A stretch of DNA of 64,000 bases, taken from the NCBI RefSeq assembly GCF_006345805.1, contig NC_043013.1, positions 26,846,001-26,910,000 on the forward strand, in the 5' to 3' direction. Source of the DNA: Octopus sinensis (Eukaryota). A program made the translations under genes and the position numbers. The notes below the pieces were generated by a model. The model did not search any database. It was not told the DNA's origin and worked only from the letters and a program-made list of their open reading frames with translations. Shown here one piece after another: positions 10,755-24,860 of the stretch (positions within the stretch are counted from its first letter, which is position 1; each line of letters opens with the position of its first letter).

Positions 10755-11342
10755 GGACTATGTGGTTAAATAGCTTGCTTTTTCAACCATGTGGTTTTGG
10801 GTTCAGTCCCACCACATAGCAACTTGGACAAGTGTATTCTACTATAACTCAGGGAAGATCAATGCCCAATGGATGGTTTTGGTAGATGGAAACTGTGTTG
10901 AAGTATATCATATATATGTGTGTGTGTGTGTGTGAATGTATGTGCCTATCTATGAGTATGTCATTGCGCCTCCAGCCTACTAACGTTTGGCAACTACTGT
11001 TTTCTTATTTTTTATGCCCCCATAACTTAGAAGCTTAGCAAAAGTGACCAATGGAATAAGCATTAGATGTAAAAATAAGTACTGGATCAATTTGTTTGAC
11101 TAAAACCCTTCTAGGCAGTGCCCTGGCTTGGCCACAGTCCAGTAACTAAAACAAGTAAAAGAAAAAAAATTAAAATTGTATATATATATCAGGGGTGGCT
11201 GTATGGTAAGTAGCTTGCTTACCAACTACACGGGTCCGAGTCCAGTCCCACTGTGTGGCACCTTGGGCAAGTGTCTTTTACTATAGCCACAAGCCAACCA
11301 AAGCCTTGTGAGTGGATTTGGTAGACAGAAACTGAAAGAATC

Positions 11343-11412
<70 letters not shown>

Positions 11413-11610
11413 TATATACGTATGTGTGTGTATATGCTTGTGTGTCTGTGTTTGTTCCTCCACCATTGCTTGACAACTGATGTTGGTGCATTTATGTCCC
11501 TGTAACTTAGCAGTTCAGCAAAAGAGACCAATAAAAAAAGTACTAGGCTTGCAAACAATAAGTCCTGGCCACAGTCAAATGACTGAAACAAAAGAATAAA
11601 AGAAAAAAGT
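10755..11610 (+). mobile_element. Two tandem SINE-A copies (10755-11170, 11190-11610)
   Basis: Heads GGACTATGTGGTTAAATAGC and GGGGTGGCTGTATGGTAAG; tails AACAAGTAAAAG-like. Confidence 0.85.
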
Positions 11611-11611
11611 A

Positions 11612-11619
<8 letters not shown>

Positions 11620-11645
<26 letters not shown>

Positions 11646-11830
11646 AGCAGGCAGGCAGGTAGGCAAGCAGGCAGGCAGGTTCGTAGGTAGGTAGGTAGGG
11701 GTAGGTAGGTAGGTAGGTGGGTAGGTAGGTAGGTAGGTAGGTAGGTAGGTAGGTAGGTAGGTAGGTATGTAGGTAGGCAGGTAGGTATGTAGGAAGGAAG
11801 GTAGGTAGGTAGGTAGAAAGGTACGTAGGT
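11620..11830. repeat. Compound (TA)n-(GGCA)n-(GGTA)n microsatellite
   Basis: Directly visible. Confidence 0.95.
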
Positions 11831-12331
11831 AAAAAATTTATTAAAATTATGGGACAAATAAATAATACATGAAGTTAGTTGAATAAAAAGTATAAAAAAT
11901 AATAATAATAACATAGAAATATGAAACAAAGCAACATCACTGGAAGAATGTATACAATGAAAATAAATATGCCAAAGAAAGAAATGGAAGAGAATCTAAT
12001 GTTTCAGGTTATACCTTTTATCAAAGAGAAGGAAAGGAATAAGAGATGCAAAGGGAAAATGGAAAAGAAATTATAGGAAATTTAAGAAGTTTGTTTCCAT
12101 GGTAGGTTTAGTGTAAATGGAAGTTGGGGAGTGGAATAGTAGGACCAGAAGTGAAGGCACAATCTGAGTTGCAGTGAAAGTAAGTGGGATCAAAGAGTAA
12201 GGAACAGAGAAAGAGATTAAGCCGGGAGAGAAGTAGAGAAAATGAAAATGTGGGAAGGAGAAAGAGACAAAAGTGGAAGAGCAAGAAAATGAGCAGATGA
12301 GAAAGTGAAAGTGAAAGTGGAGTATATGCAC

Positions 12332-12366
<35 letters not shown>

Positions 12367-12395
12367 AACATAAGCGCACCATCAACATACACATA

Positions 12396-12451
<56 letters not shown>

Positions 12452-12796
12452 AGTACCCTCACCAACATGGTACTTTTATGTCATAGATTAAAGAACTACT
12501 TAACTCATTTCCATAAGACACAAGGAATACCCAAGCAGCTTACAAAATTCCTGACACATTCTTTACATCAACAACTAAGTAGCACACCAATTAGATATTC
12601 ACTTTTAGAAGAATTCTGTGTCTTAATCAGTTAATTAAAACTCTTGCCTTCAGCTTGGGATCAGATATCACTATAATTATCAGAAAAAATTCAAGAATTG
12701 CCCCACCACACACATGCATGCACACACACACAGATATATACATACATGCATACATACATACATACATACATACATACATACATACATACATACATA

Positions 12797-14091
12797 CAGG
12801 GTGTGGTGCATAAACTGTCATCTAAATTACGCAAAAACGAAAATAACACTGACATCTCATTTTAACAGATATATTTACCAAAATTACATAAAAATATCTT
12901 GAAATACTAAACAGTAAATTTATTCAATGAAATCGCCATTGGTTTCAACCACAGTCTCCAGACGACTTCGGAATCTCCTGCAACTCTTCTGGGCAGCCTC
13001 CTTGTTTAATTTGGTGAATGCTGGCATAATCCTTGCTTTCTGTTCATCTTTGGTGTTGCAAGGAGTTTTGTTGGTCTCTTACTCACCTATGCCCCAAACA
13101 TAATAGTCAAGGGGGTTACAGTCTGAGAAGTTAGGTGCCTAGATATTAGGGGTGATGTGGTCGCAGAAAATTGTCTGACAGCCAGGACTGGATTCTCCTG
13201 CTTGTGTAGCATGGTGCAGAGTCCTGTTGCCAGACACAGGGTCTTTCAGTAGCCACCCTCTTCACCCAGGGCAGCACTGCCTCCTCCAGGTACTTGATGT
13301 AGGCCTCTGTGTTGAGTCTGAGGCCGTGTGGGAAGATGAATGGAGGCATAATGTCGCCATCACTCGTGATCACTCCAAACACCATGATGTTGACTGGATG
13401 TTTGGTTTTGTATCAATCTTAGTACATGCTTTGGGGACAAAGCAAGCCAATGGTTGTTTTGTGTCTTCACCATCTGATCCTGGCAAAAATTTTTTTTTGT
13501 CTGAGGAAAACCAAAACATGTTCAGTTGGAGGGAATGCTTGAGTTTGTTCAAAAGTTTTGTAGTGTGGTCTTTCTTCTTGATGGCTTGGGATAAAAATTG
13601 GCCATTTCTCATCTTGTACGAGGAATACTGAATGTCTTCATGTACTACCTGACTGATACAAAACTCAGACACTCCCATGTCCCTGACAATGGACCTGATT
13701 GACGAGGAGGGATCGTTGTCAATCATGGCCAGGATCTCACCAACAAAGTCCGGAGTTCTTTTCTTATCAGAACAATAAGAGTTTTCTGAGCTGCTGTACC
13801 TTCATAATCCCCACTAGACTTGTCTAACTCTTTCTGAATCCTCTGTGCTGTCCTTGAGTTGACAAACAAACACTCTGAAATGTCTGTATTGGAGCTTCTG
13901 ATGTGAATGCCAAACAGTACAGCATGTCATTTCCAAATTTCTGGCAGAGTGAATTGTGTCATGGTGCTGTTTTTCTCACAGACGGTACCCAGCTGACCCT
14001 ACTATACTGCATAGTCAACAAAATCAAAAACAAACAATGTGTATGTGTGAAATAAAAAAATAAAAAAATGGTGACAATCCGTCACACCATG
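12797..14091 (-). mobile_element. Tc1/mariner superfamily transposon, DD37D (maT-type), inactive
   Basis: TA-flanked degenerate TIRs CAGGGTGTGGTGCATAAACTGTCA and TGACAATCCGTCACACCATG; about 1.3 kb. Motifs SSDKKKF, WQQDSAPC, DCNPLDYYVWG. After correcting one frameshift I count 37 residues between the second and third Asp. Confidence 0.9.
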
Positions 14092-14133
14092 TACACACAC
14101 ACACATATGTATATGTATGTATATGTATATATA

Positions 14134-14188
<55 letters not shown>

Positions 14189-14190
<2 letters not shown>

Positions 14191-15257
14191 TCATCATCAT
14201 CATCATCATCATTTAGCGTCCGTTTTCCATGCTAGCATGGGTTGGACGGTTCAACTGGGGTCTGTGAAGCTGGAAGGCTTCATCAGGCCCAGTCAGATCT
14301 GGCAGTGTTTCTACAGCTGGATGCCCTTCCTAACGCCAACCACTCCATGAGTGTAGTGGGTGCTTTTTACGTGCCACCCGCACAGGTGCCAGACAGAGCT
14401 GGCAAACGGCCATGAATGGATGGTGATTTACGTGTCACCGGCACGGGGGCCAGGCGAGGCTGGCAACGGACACGAACGGATGGTGCTTTTACGTGCCACC
14501 GACACGGGAGCCAGACAGAGCTGGCAAACGGCCATGAACGGATGGTGCTTTTACGTGTCACCGGCACGGGGGCCAGGCGAGGCTGGCAACGGACACGAAC
14601 AGATAGTGCTTTTACATGCCACCGACACGGAGGCTAGACGGGGCGGCGCCGGCAACGACCATGATCGGATGGTTCGCTTAACCACAGCTGCAATTCCCAC
14701 TGATGTTGATCGACCTCAATTTGGTTCTGCTTTCTGATATATGAATTGATTTGGTTTGATTTTGATTTTCACTGTTCTCACTGGTCTTGCCGAGTTTTCT
14801 CATGCACAGCATACTTCCATAGGTCTCGGTCTCTGGTCATTTCCTTGGTGAGACCTAAAGTTCGAAGGTTGTGCTTCACCACCTCGACCCAGGTTTTCCT
14901 GGGTCTACCTCTTCCACAGGTTCCCTCAACTGCCAGGGTGTGGCACTTTCGCACACAACTATCTTCAGCCATTCTCGTCACATGACCATACCAGCGCAAA
15001 CGTCTCTCTTGCACACAACAACTGATGCTTCTTAGGTCCAACTTTTCTCTCAAGGTACTTACACTCTGTCGATTATGAACACTGACATTATACATCCATC
15101 GGAGCATACTAGCTTAATTTCTTGCGAGCTTACGCAAATCCTCAGCAGTCACAGCCCAAGTTCCACTACCACGTAGCATGGCTGTACGTACACATACATC
15201 ATACAGTCTGCCTTTTACTTTGAGCGAGAAGCCTTTTGTCACCATCAGGGGTAATGT
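14189..15257 (-). mobile_element. 5'-truncated RTE-clade LINE, same family as 2134-3810
   Basis: LPLMVTKG...RRLRWYGHV...GRGRPRKTW...EKTRQDQ*, then an (AAATC)-like run, a minisatellite (14360-14640), the conserved tail and (GAT)n. Confidence 0.92.
14360..14640 (-). repeat. About 60-bp minisatellite with alternating A/B units
   Basis: GTGCCACC...GCCAGACAGAGCTGGC alternates with GTGTCACCGG...GCCAGGCGAGGCTGGC. Confidence 0.9.
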
Positions 15258-15275
15258 ATATATGTGTGTGTATAT

Positions 15276-15333
<58 letters not shown>

Positions 15334-15337
15334 GAAC

Positions 15338-15497
15338 ATTTGTGAAAGAGGACTATAAACAGCAAGGCATAACAAGCATCTCAGGTCACATACATTATTA
15401 TTCTTAAATTATTTGACCTCATATATTTTAAGAATAACAATGTATGTGACCTGAGATGCTTGTTATGCCTTGGTGTTTATTCTCCTCTTTCACAAAT
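15338..15497. repeat. Long inverted repeat (71-bp arms, 18-nt loop)
   Basis: 15338-15408 pairs with 15427-15497; 4 mismatches by eye. Confidence 0.92.
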
Positions 15498-15634
15498 ATA
15501 TATCCGTTATATCGGAAGCCTTAACTCCCGTCTCAGTTATGAGCTTGGAGCCCTGATAATCTGTTACAGCACTTACCCAGCATACCTATTCATTTAGATC
15601 ACAAGTGAACTAAATCCCCATATTCAGTGTATTG

Positions 15635-15639
<5 letters not shown>

Positions 15640-15668
<29 letters not shown>

Positions 15669-16104
15669 TGTATGTATGTATGTATGTATGTATGTATGAA
15701 TGTATGTATGTATGTGAGTGTGTGTGTATGTATGTAAGTATGTATGTATGTATGTATATATGTGTGTATGTATGTATGTATGTGTGTGGTGTGTGTGTGT
15801 GTATGTATGCATGTATGTATGTGTGTATGTATGTGTGTATGTATGTGTGAATGTATATAGGGAATGCAGAAAGTTAGAGAGAAAGAGGGAAAGAGATTGA
15901 AAAATAGAAAAAAAACACAAATTTAAACATAAATTGGTAAACCAATAGATAGCTAGAAAGATTGACAGACAGACAGGCAGGCAGGCAGGCAGTCAGGCAG
16001 GCAGTCAGGCAGGCAGGCAGGTAGACAGACAGGCAGACAGGCAGACAGACAGATAGATAGATAGATACAGACTGATGGACAGACAGATGGACGGATACAT
16101 CCAG

Positions 16105-16130
<26 letters not shown>
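15640..16130. repeat. (TATG)n, (CAGG/CAGA)n, (GATA)n and (CA)n microsatellite block
   Basis: Directly visible. Confidence 0.9.
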
Positions 16131-16137
<7 letters not shown>

Positions 16138-17775
16138 AGTAACCATATAAAATGCATGATGAATATACATTTGACCCTATAATATTCTTATAATATATTA
16201 TGGAGTATATCAGAACAAATGATGGAAGAGTTGAAGCTGGACTGTTTTTGCTTATAGATCACCACAATTACGTTTGTTCAAAAAAAAAAAAAAAGTAATA
16301 ATCATTGTTTTATCAGTTCCAGGTGTATAAATGACAAAATCTAATTTAATAATATCTTTTAAGTAATCACAGGGCTGGTTTTTCTAAGAGTGGGGGGAGT
16401 CAGTATAGTTGATTGAATTGACATCATTAGATTACAACTAGCTATTCTGTGAACCTCCCCACCTTGAATGCTTACCAGTCAGTGATATGGGAAGATAATG
16501 GTTCATAGCTTTTTTTCACTGTTGCATTGTATCCATGGTCCAGACACTTATTTTTTAATTCTGTTCAACAGCTGAATACATTCAGCTTTTAAGATGTTGT
16601 GGCTGTAATACTCCCCTACACTGAGAGGCCACAGCTCCAGTACTATGGACATTTAGTTAAAATGTTGTATTAAAGGATCAGAGAACAGATACTCCATGGC
16701 GAGCCAACTGGCAGGAGACTTAGGGGTAGACCAAGGGTGAGATATTTGAATACGATCAATAGTCTCAGTTGATATTACTTGGAAATTGAGTTGGAGAGTG
16801 TAGTGATGGTTCTGTTGTAGAAATGTTAAATGCTAGGTTGTTTAAGCTTAAATACGGCAGAATAGACTCAACAAACCTTTTCTTTCTATTGACTCACAGG
16901 ATTCAGTGACTTGCTAAACTAGTTGTATGTATCAGTCAGTTACTAACTGTCCAACTGCATGTTTGCAACAGTTTGTTTTAAAACATTGGAAAAATCATTT
17001 TGTTTCTGGAGCCTACCTAGTGTTATAAAAACACCTGTACTTTGCCTCTCTAGATCTTTGACAGCAGCCATTGACCATGCACACCACATCTCTCTGGACC
17101 AGCTTCAATGAACCAGAAATCCAGCCCGTCTCACAGCTTTCTTCAACCAACCTTCTCTAGTCTTCATCATTACTGCAACAGACAGCAGTCCATAGCCACA
17201 TCAACAGACCCAGCAGAACTGAAGTCATTTAGATCCTTTTTTCAGTCTGTAATATAATTGGTATTCTCTTTTGGCAATCTTATTTTATAATGAGTGGAAT
17301 AAATCAGTGCTTATTCAACTTATCTAAATCATATCGTTCACTTGTCTCCTTTCCTTCACCAAAGTTCCTTTTGATAAGCCCCTATGAAAGAGATGCCTGA
17401 GGACTTTACACTCAGGACCTTCCTAGCAATAATGGGTGGCAAAATTTTTTCTCTCAAACCATCTCCTGTTTACATATGAAGATCTCATGGTCCTTATCAG
17501 TTGCAGCAAGTCTTCTCCTCATCAGCTGCAGCCAGTTTGTCAAACTTAGAAGATGTAAAACTTTGCTAACTTTCATTAATTTCCCTGCTGAATAAAATCA
17601 CAATTAACTGATCCTTTTGTATTTTTCTTTTACCCAAAACCAGGAACTTTTCAGTACCACACAGTGGACCAAAAGCCATACACAAAATAAATTCAATACA
17701 CTCTGGAATTATCAAAGACATGCTTCAATTTTTTAAAAATTGAATACACATGTACTTGTACATGATGAACAAAAT

Positions 17776-17806
<31 letters not shown>

Positions 17807-19283
17807 GGTGGTAACAACATAATATAAATGAAATGTCAGCTGTTTTGGTGTGTGACTTGTGGCCCAGCTTAATATTTAAGCAATCTGGTATTCAGAAGGG
17901 TATCCAGTTGTAAAAACCTTACCAAACTTGCCAAAACCTGAGGAGGCATATTTTCCACTTTGGATGAATGATAATGAGTACACAACATCTCGCCAATGTA
18001 CTAAAGTGTAAAAATTTGTCAAAACAATTGTAGTGACTTTAAATAAAGAGAGTCATTCCCTCCATTTTCTATCATTTATCTATGTGTGCATGTGTATGTG
18101 TGTGTACATGTATGTATATACATATATATGAGTGTGTCTGTGTGTGTGTGTGTGCACTCACACAATCTCATCAACAGGATATTCCTATGCCATAATTTAA
18201 GGAAATTGGTCAATTCATTTCTATAAAACATGAAAAATACCCTGGTTAACCTTTACTAAGCAAACCTCTGATAAAAGATATTCCAGCCATGAGCGTCCAT
18301 TCTTTGTGATAGGTCAGGTTATATTATCCAATGAGTCCATTCATTTTCCCTGTCACAACATAAAGTTGGTGCCTCAACTTGGAGAACTGCATCCTTCTCC
18401 AGGTCAAACAACAACTAATTTCTTCCAGAGAAAGAAAGAGAATGAGACAGATTAAAAGAGAGAGAAAGTGAGAGAGATTAAGAAAGAGAGTGAGAGAGAC
18501 TAAGTGAGAGAGGTGGAGAGAAGGGAGAGTGAGAAAGTGACAGAAAAAGAGAGAGAGAGTGAGCGGCAACATTGAATTTTGTACTGAGCAAGGTATTCTA
18601 CAGATTGAAAACATGAAAGGTAAAGTTGGCCTTGGTGGAATTCAAAAAAAAACCCCCAAAATACTGTAAAAATAAACCTTTAGATTTCTTCTAATTTTCT
18701 ACCAATTCTGGTAGCTTGCTGCCTTAATTTACCATTACTGAAATTAAAGATAAAAAGGTAAGCTCAAGCTATCTGGATATTTTGTGATTTAAAAAATAAA
18801 ACATCAAAAATCATTAGCTTTTTTTAACTTCAGAGTTTTAATTAGAAATTGCAAAATGGAGCCATTTTAACAGAATTTGAACTTGAGATCAGAAAGGATA
18901 AATCTAAATACTACACACAGCATTTAGTCTGATGCCCTGTTCTTTCAGTCACCTTTTACCAACCTATTGTATGAAATAATGACAAAAATGAAATAATTTC
19001 TAAATTTTGCTAATTGCATACATCAAAATTCCAAAGCTATTTCTAGCAACTATTTATTACTAAGTATGCAATAGTATCCTATAAAAAAACGTTCCTCTTA
19101 TCTTTACGCTTTTTCTGAATATTTTTCATTTATTTTTTTAGGTTTATATGTGTATGTATGTGTGTGAATGTGTGTGTGTATCTCAAACCAATTATTCTCA
19201 GTATGTAAAAGAAAAAAGAAATGTTTGTGTCTAGATTTAAGCATGTGTTATGGATGCATATGCAAATGTATTGTGTGTGTGTA

Positions 19284-19315
<32 letters not shown>

Positions 19316-19324
19316 AGAGAAAGA

Positions 19325-19365
<41 letters not shown>

Positions 19366-19651
19366 TATGTGTGTATTTCTGTGAATGCTTTAATAAAAAA
19401 AGAATTTCTCTCCCAAATCAATAAAAAAAACTACCTACATTTATAGCTTTCAGTTATTGATTTAAGATGCTACCAGGAATAAATTTCTCTATTTCACTCC
19501 TTGTGTGTATGTGTGTATGTGTGTGTGTGTGTGTGTACATTCATACATACATACACACATACACACACACATATATATGTATGTATGTACATATGTCTTT
19601 ATGTGTATGTGCATATATATATGGCATCTATATTTATACATATATATATAC

Positions 19652-19728
<77 letters not shown>

Positions 19729-20769
19729 TGTATGTATGTATGTACATGTATATATTGTGAGACATTTGTTGGTACAGACGAGGGCAGATTGATGAGATAT
19801 ATTCAGATTCAGACACGGGCACATCCCTCCCCCATCCTCTCCTCCCCCCCTACCCCTCCTCCTCCCGATCCTCCCCTCCCCCATCCTCCCTCACTATTCT
19901 TTAAAGTGCAATTTTTGTTATTAACGATATTCTTTTCTTTGATGAAAATTAATTTTCTTATCAGAAAGGTGAACATTTTGCAATATAATAATTAACTTTT
20001 TTATAGCCATGCAGGTGATTTCTTTACCTGTACAGCTTACCTACAGCTATCAACTTAACAAGGGAGCCATTTGGCAATCATTTAACCCTACTAGAAACAA
20101 CAGCCAAAACTTTCTCATTACACTGTCCCTTCCAAAAAAAGAAGAAGGGGCATATTGGATAATAAAGTACAAGTACAAGATAATGAAGTACAAGACATAT
20201 ACGATGCCCCCTACCGAAAAAAAGAAATTAAAAAGGCATAACAGTTATGGCTGGAACACCTTTGATTAAAGTAGGTTTGCTCAGACAGGACAGACCTTGG
20301 GCTAAACAACAACAATAGCAACAACAACTATCATATGATCAAAACTGGTTGAGTTGCTAGGTTGTTACACAGCAAGTGATGCAGAGTCTGCAATAATTAG
20401 CAGAACTACAGCACTTTGGTGTGTCTACTGCTGCAATGCATAATTCTCATTGGATCATTGGATCATTAATTGGTCCCAGAACTGCATGAATCATTAAGCA
20501 AAATGAGCATGTGCTTAGGGCATCAAGGGAAGGAGGGGCACCACAGAAATGAAAGGGGCACCACAGCACTAAAATAATATTCAAAGCGGTTTATACGATT
20601 GGAAATATAATTTCAAAGTTTTCATGATGTCATAGAGAGGATCTGATCAAAGATTTTGCCATTGAAAAATAATTAGGACAAAACTTTTCAATTATAAATA
20701 AAGAGGAAGAATACAAAAACAAACATTATTTTCCATCTTACTGTTAGTTTTGTTTCATTTTGAAAATTT

Positions 20770-21110
20770 TGTGTGGCTGTGTGGTAAGTAGCTTGCTTAC
20801 CAACTACATGGGTCCGAGCTCAGTTTCATTGCGTGGCACCTTGGACAAGTGTTTTCAACTATAGCCTCGGGCCGACCAAAGCCTTGTGAGTGGATTTGGT
20901 AGACGGAAACTGAAAGAAGCTCTTCGTATATATGTGTATATATATAAATATATATATGTGTGTGTGTGTGTGTGTGTATGTATATGTTTGTGTGTCTATG
21001 TTTGTCCCCCCACCACCACCAACATCGCTTGACAACCAAAGGCGGTGTTCCAGCATGGTCACAGTCAAATGACTGAAACAAATAAAAGAATAAAAGAAAG
21101 AAAGAATATG
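20770..21110 (+). mobile_element. SINE-A with internal deletion
   Basis: Head, microsatellite and tail present; central 3' block missing. Confidence 0.88.
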
Positions 21111-22254
21111 GGGATACCCAAATCTTTTAAGTGTTTAGGGCTTCTATGGGTTTTAATCTGGCCCTGATTGGCACCATGCGCAGGATCAGTCTATTGCTAT
21201 CATCAGTGACATAATTTTAAAGTTGGTGAGTGTTTCATTAAGTTGCAATACTGAGTTCAAGATTATTGAATGATGCTGGACCATGATAGAAACATTCACA
21301 GTACAGCCTTGTTCTAACCGATTCTGCTTCCACAATGCCAAACCTAACTATGTGTTACCCAAAGAGCTTAGGATTTCATCATCATCATCATTATCGTCAT
21401 CCTCATAATCATCAAGGCCATTGTCGTTGTTGTCGTAGTCATCATCATCATCATCATCAGTTAATGTCTGTTTTCCATGCTGTCATGGGTTGGATGGCTT
21501 GACAGGAAGTGGTAAGGCCAAGGGCCGCATCAGTTTCCACAGTCTATTTTGGCTTGGTTCCTACATCTGGATGTCCTTCCTGATGCCAACCACTTTGCAG
21601 AACATACTGAGTGCTAGCACCAGTGCTTTTTTACACTACAGCAGCAGCAACACCAACATCAATGCTTTGTTTTTTATGATACAGGAAATTATTTATTCTA
21701 GAGTGTTCTTCTCAAGAAAGACAGCCATGAATCATCTATAGTAAAAATAAAGAAAGAAGTTTTATAATATTCACTGTTCTTTTGATGTTTCCAAAGAATC
21801 TAACCAAATACAGTCATGGCAAAAAGTTGAAGACTGGTAAATGATCCACAAATACCGGAGATGAAGATGGAACCAGCTTAGAATTTATCAAAGAGCTTGG
21901 AGTCTATACACTGCAAATGAAATTGTCTTAACTCTGCTCTGGGTCTGACCAAACTGCAGACATCAAAGTGAAACGGATCATATGGAGTCTCTTTTCTGTG
22001 ACTGTTCTCCAGTCACAGAAGTCAGGGAATTGTGAGGCCCTAAATTGATTAGCTTATGCCTGAATCTGACTCTTAACTATGATGAGATATAATTTGGTAG
22101 AAAAGTTGACATGACAGAAGAATAGATTTGTAAACCCCTTTCATCCTTTGCATCATTTTTTTTTTCTGTCTGCTTTCCATGCTGGCATGAGTGGCCAGGA
22201 TCTAGCTGCTCTCCTGCATAGGAGAGAAAGCATGAAAAGCAGATGTAAAACAAC

Positions 22255-22410
22255 ATTATGATGATAATGACGATGATGATAATGACGATGATGATGATGT
22301 TGATGATGATGATGATGATGATGATGTTGATGATGATGATGATGGTGAAGATGATGATGTTGATTAAGATAAAGGTGGTGGTGGTGGTGGTGGAGGAGGT
22401 GATGATGGTG
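22255..22410. repeat. (GAT)n/(GGT)n trinucleotide tract
   Basis: Directly visible. Confidence 0.95.
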
Positions 22411-22519
22411 ATATTTTCATCAGTTTCTATGAGTTATTCTACAATAGAATCATTGATTTATATTCCACATTCATCCAGTTACTGTTTTATTAGGTATTCT
22501 GCAACTGGTTGATTTGTGT

Positions 22520-22555
<36 letters not shown>

Positions 22556-23229
22556 CATTCATCCAGTTAATATCATTTATTTCAAATTCTATAGAAGAAT
22601 TGTTGATTTATACACCACATTCACACAGTTACTATGATTTTACGAAGACTTCTATGACAATCATTGATTTATTATAGATCACATTGAACTAGTCATTATG
22701 GTTTATTAGGAATTCCATGACAGAATCATTGATTCATATATCACATCCAACCAGTTACTATGGTTTACTATAATTTGTAGAAAATATAAATTTGACCAAA
22801 GACAAAATGCAAAACGAATTAACGAGATGGTTTTATTCTAAAATAATTGCAGAACAGAAAAATATAATATATTTTCTACTTGTCGATAAATTAATTTGGC
22901 TCTGACATGTCTGATTGGCTAGAAAATTCATGTTATATAGATAATGGCATTAATTTCAGTATCAAGAATGAAATGTTTTCACTACATCATCATCATCATC
23001 ATCTAGCATCTGCTTTCCATGCTGGCATGGGTTGGACGGTTTGATTGAAACTGGTAAGCTGGAGAGCTGCACAAGGCTCCAGTCTGTTTTGGTTTGATTC
23101 CTACAGCTGGATACTCTTCCTAATGCTGACCACTCCACAGAGTGTACCAAGTGCCCTTTACGTGTGACCAGCACAGGTGCCTTTTACGTGTCACTGGCAC
23201 AGAAGTGAATATAGCATTTTGCAAAGTTT

Positions 23230-24004
23230 CTTAATGGAGGGTGTGTGTGTGTTTATATATGTATGTGTATATACATGTGGGTGCATGTCTGTGTATGTGT
23301 GTATATATATGTGTGTATGTATATACATGTATATGTGAGTGTGTATATATGTGTGTATATACATGAGGGAATGTGTGTGTCTATACAGGCACATACATAT
23401 AGAGATGTATGTATACACTTGTGTGTATATGTGCATATGCATATACAAGTATGTATGTGTGTGTATACATATGTTCATGTATATACATGTATATATGTGT
23501 TTATATATACATGTGTACATGTGTGTGTACATACATGTGTGTTTGTGTTTTTAATATGCGTGTATGTGTGAGTATATATACATGTATGTATGTGGGTATA
23601 TGCATGTGTGTATGCGTGTGTATATACACGTGCATATGCATGTGTATACATGCCTGCATGTGTGAGTGAATAAACACATGTGTATGTACATGTGAGTATG
23701 TGTATATATATATGTGTGTGCGTGTGTGTAAACCTACATTGTCAAATTGATACATTTCTCGATAGAGTGGAGATATGATGAACATCCTTCATTGACACTT
23801 GTTCTTTATTGGGTTATTGGGGCCACAGAGGAGGTGTGTACATCACTTGACAAATTCCAGAGAAATGGAGCAACTAATTTGCATAACACAAGCATTTAAC
23901 ACCTTCTTTAATAACAGAGACCAGTCACCGAGGAGCCTAGTCCACATGGTTTCAGGGTATGAAGTTAATACATGTAGTAGATACACAATCACACACACAC
24001 ACAA

Positions 24005-24035
<31 letters not shown>

Positions 24036-24463
24036 AACACACAAACACACACACACACACAAACACATCCACACACAGACATGCACCAACACACATATAG
24101 ATAATGGCATTCGACAAGGTATATCTACAAAGTATGCTTACACACACACATGTATATACACAAGTATATACACACATGTATATACGCTCACACATACATA
24201 TATACATACATGCAGACACACACACATAAATGCATGCACACACACACACATGCACTGACAGACACATGCATATACACACATGTAGATAATGGCATTTGAC
24301 AATGTATGTCTATAAAATAGGCTTACACACACACACACATGTATATATACACATATACATACATACATGCATACATACAACTACACATACACAACACAAC
24401 ACACACACATCCACCCACACACAACACACATATGTACACGCACTCATATCCACCACACACATC

Positions 24464-24499
<36 letters not shown>

Positions 24500-24500
24500 A
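23230..24500. repeat. Degenerate TG-rich block (23230-23730) and CA-rich block (23990-24500) around a unique island
   Basis: Opposite-polarity dinucleotide blocks; tandem duplication starting TAGATAATGGCATT at 24098 and 24283. Confidence 0.8.
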
Positions 24501-24547
24501 AACCGTCCAACCCTTGCCAGTATGGGAGGAAGGTATTATAACAATGG

Positions 24548-24860
24548 ACACGGTTGTGGTAAGAAGTTTGCTTCCCAACCACATGGTCTTGGGTTCAATT
24601 CCCACTGCATGGCAACTTGAGCAAATGCCTTCTACTATAGCCCTGGGACAACCAAAGCCTTATGAGTTGATTTGGTGAATGGAAACTGGAAGAAGCCCAT
24701 CATATATATATCCATGTGTGTGTGTCTTTGTGTCTGTGTTTGTCCCCATCACTTCACAACCGATGTTGGTGTATTTATGTCCTTGTAACTTAGCAGTTCA
24801 GCAAAAGAAACTGATAGAATAAGTACCAGGCTTAAAAAAATAACTACTGGGGTTGATTTG
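24548..24860 (+). mobile_element. SINE-A lacking its tail
   Basis: Ends at CTGGGGTTGATTTGTTTGA, where mariner sequence begins. Confidence 0.85.

Noticed and set aside
16500-17600. Unique, moderately GC-rich stretch as host exons
   Set aside because: All frames I read contain stops and I recognise no motif; possibly an old TE relic.
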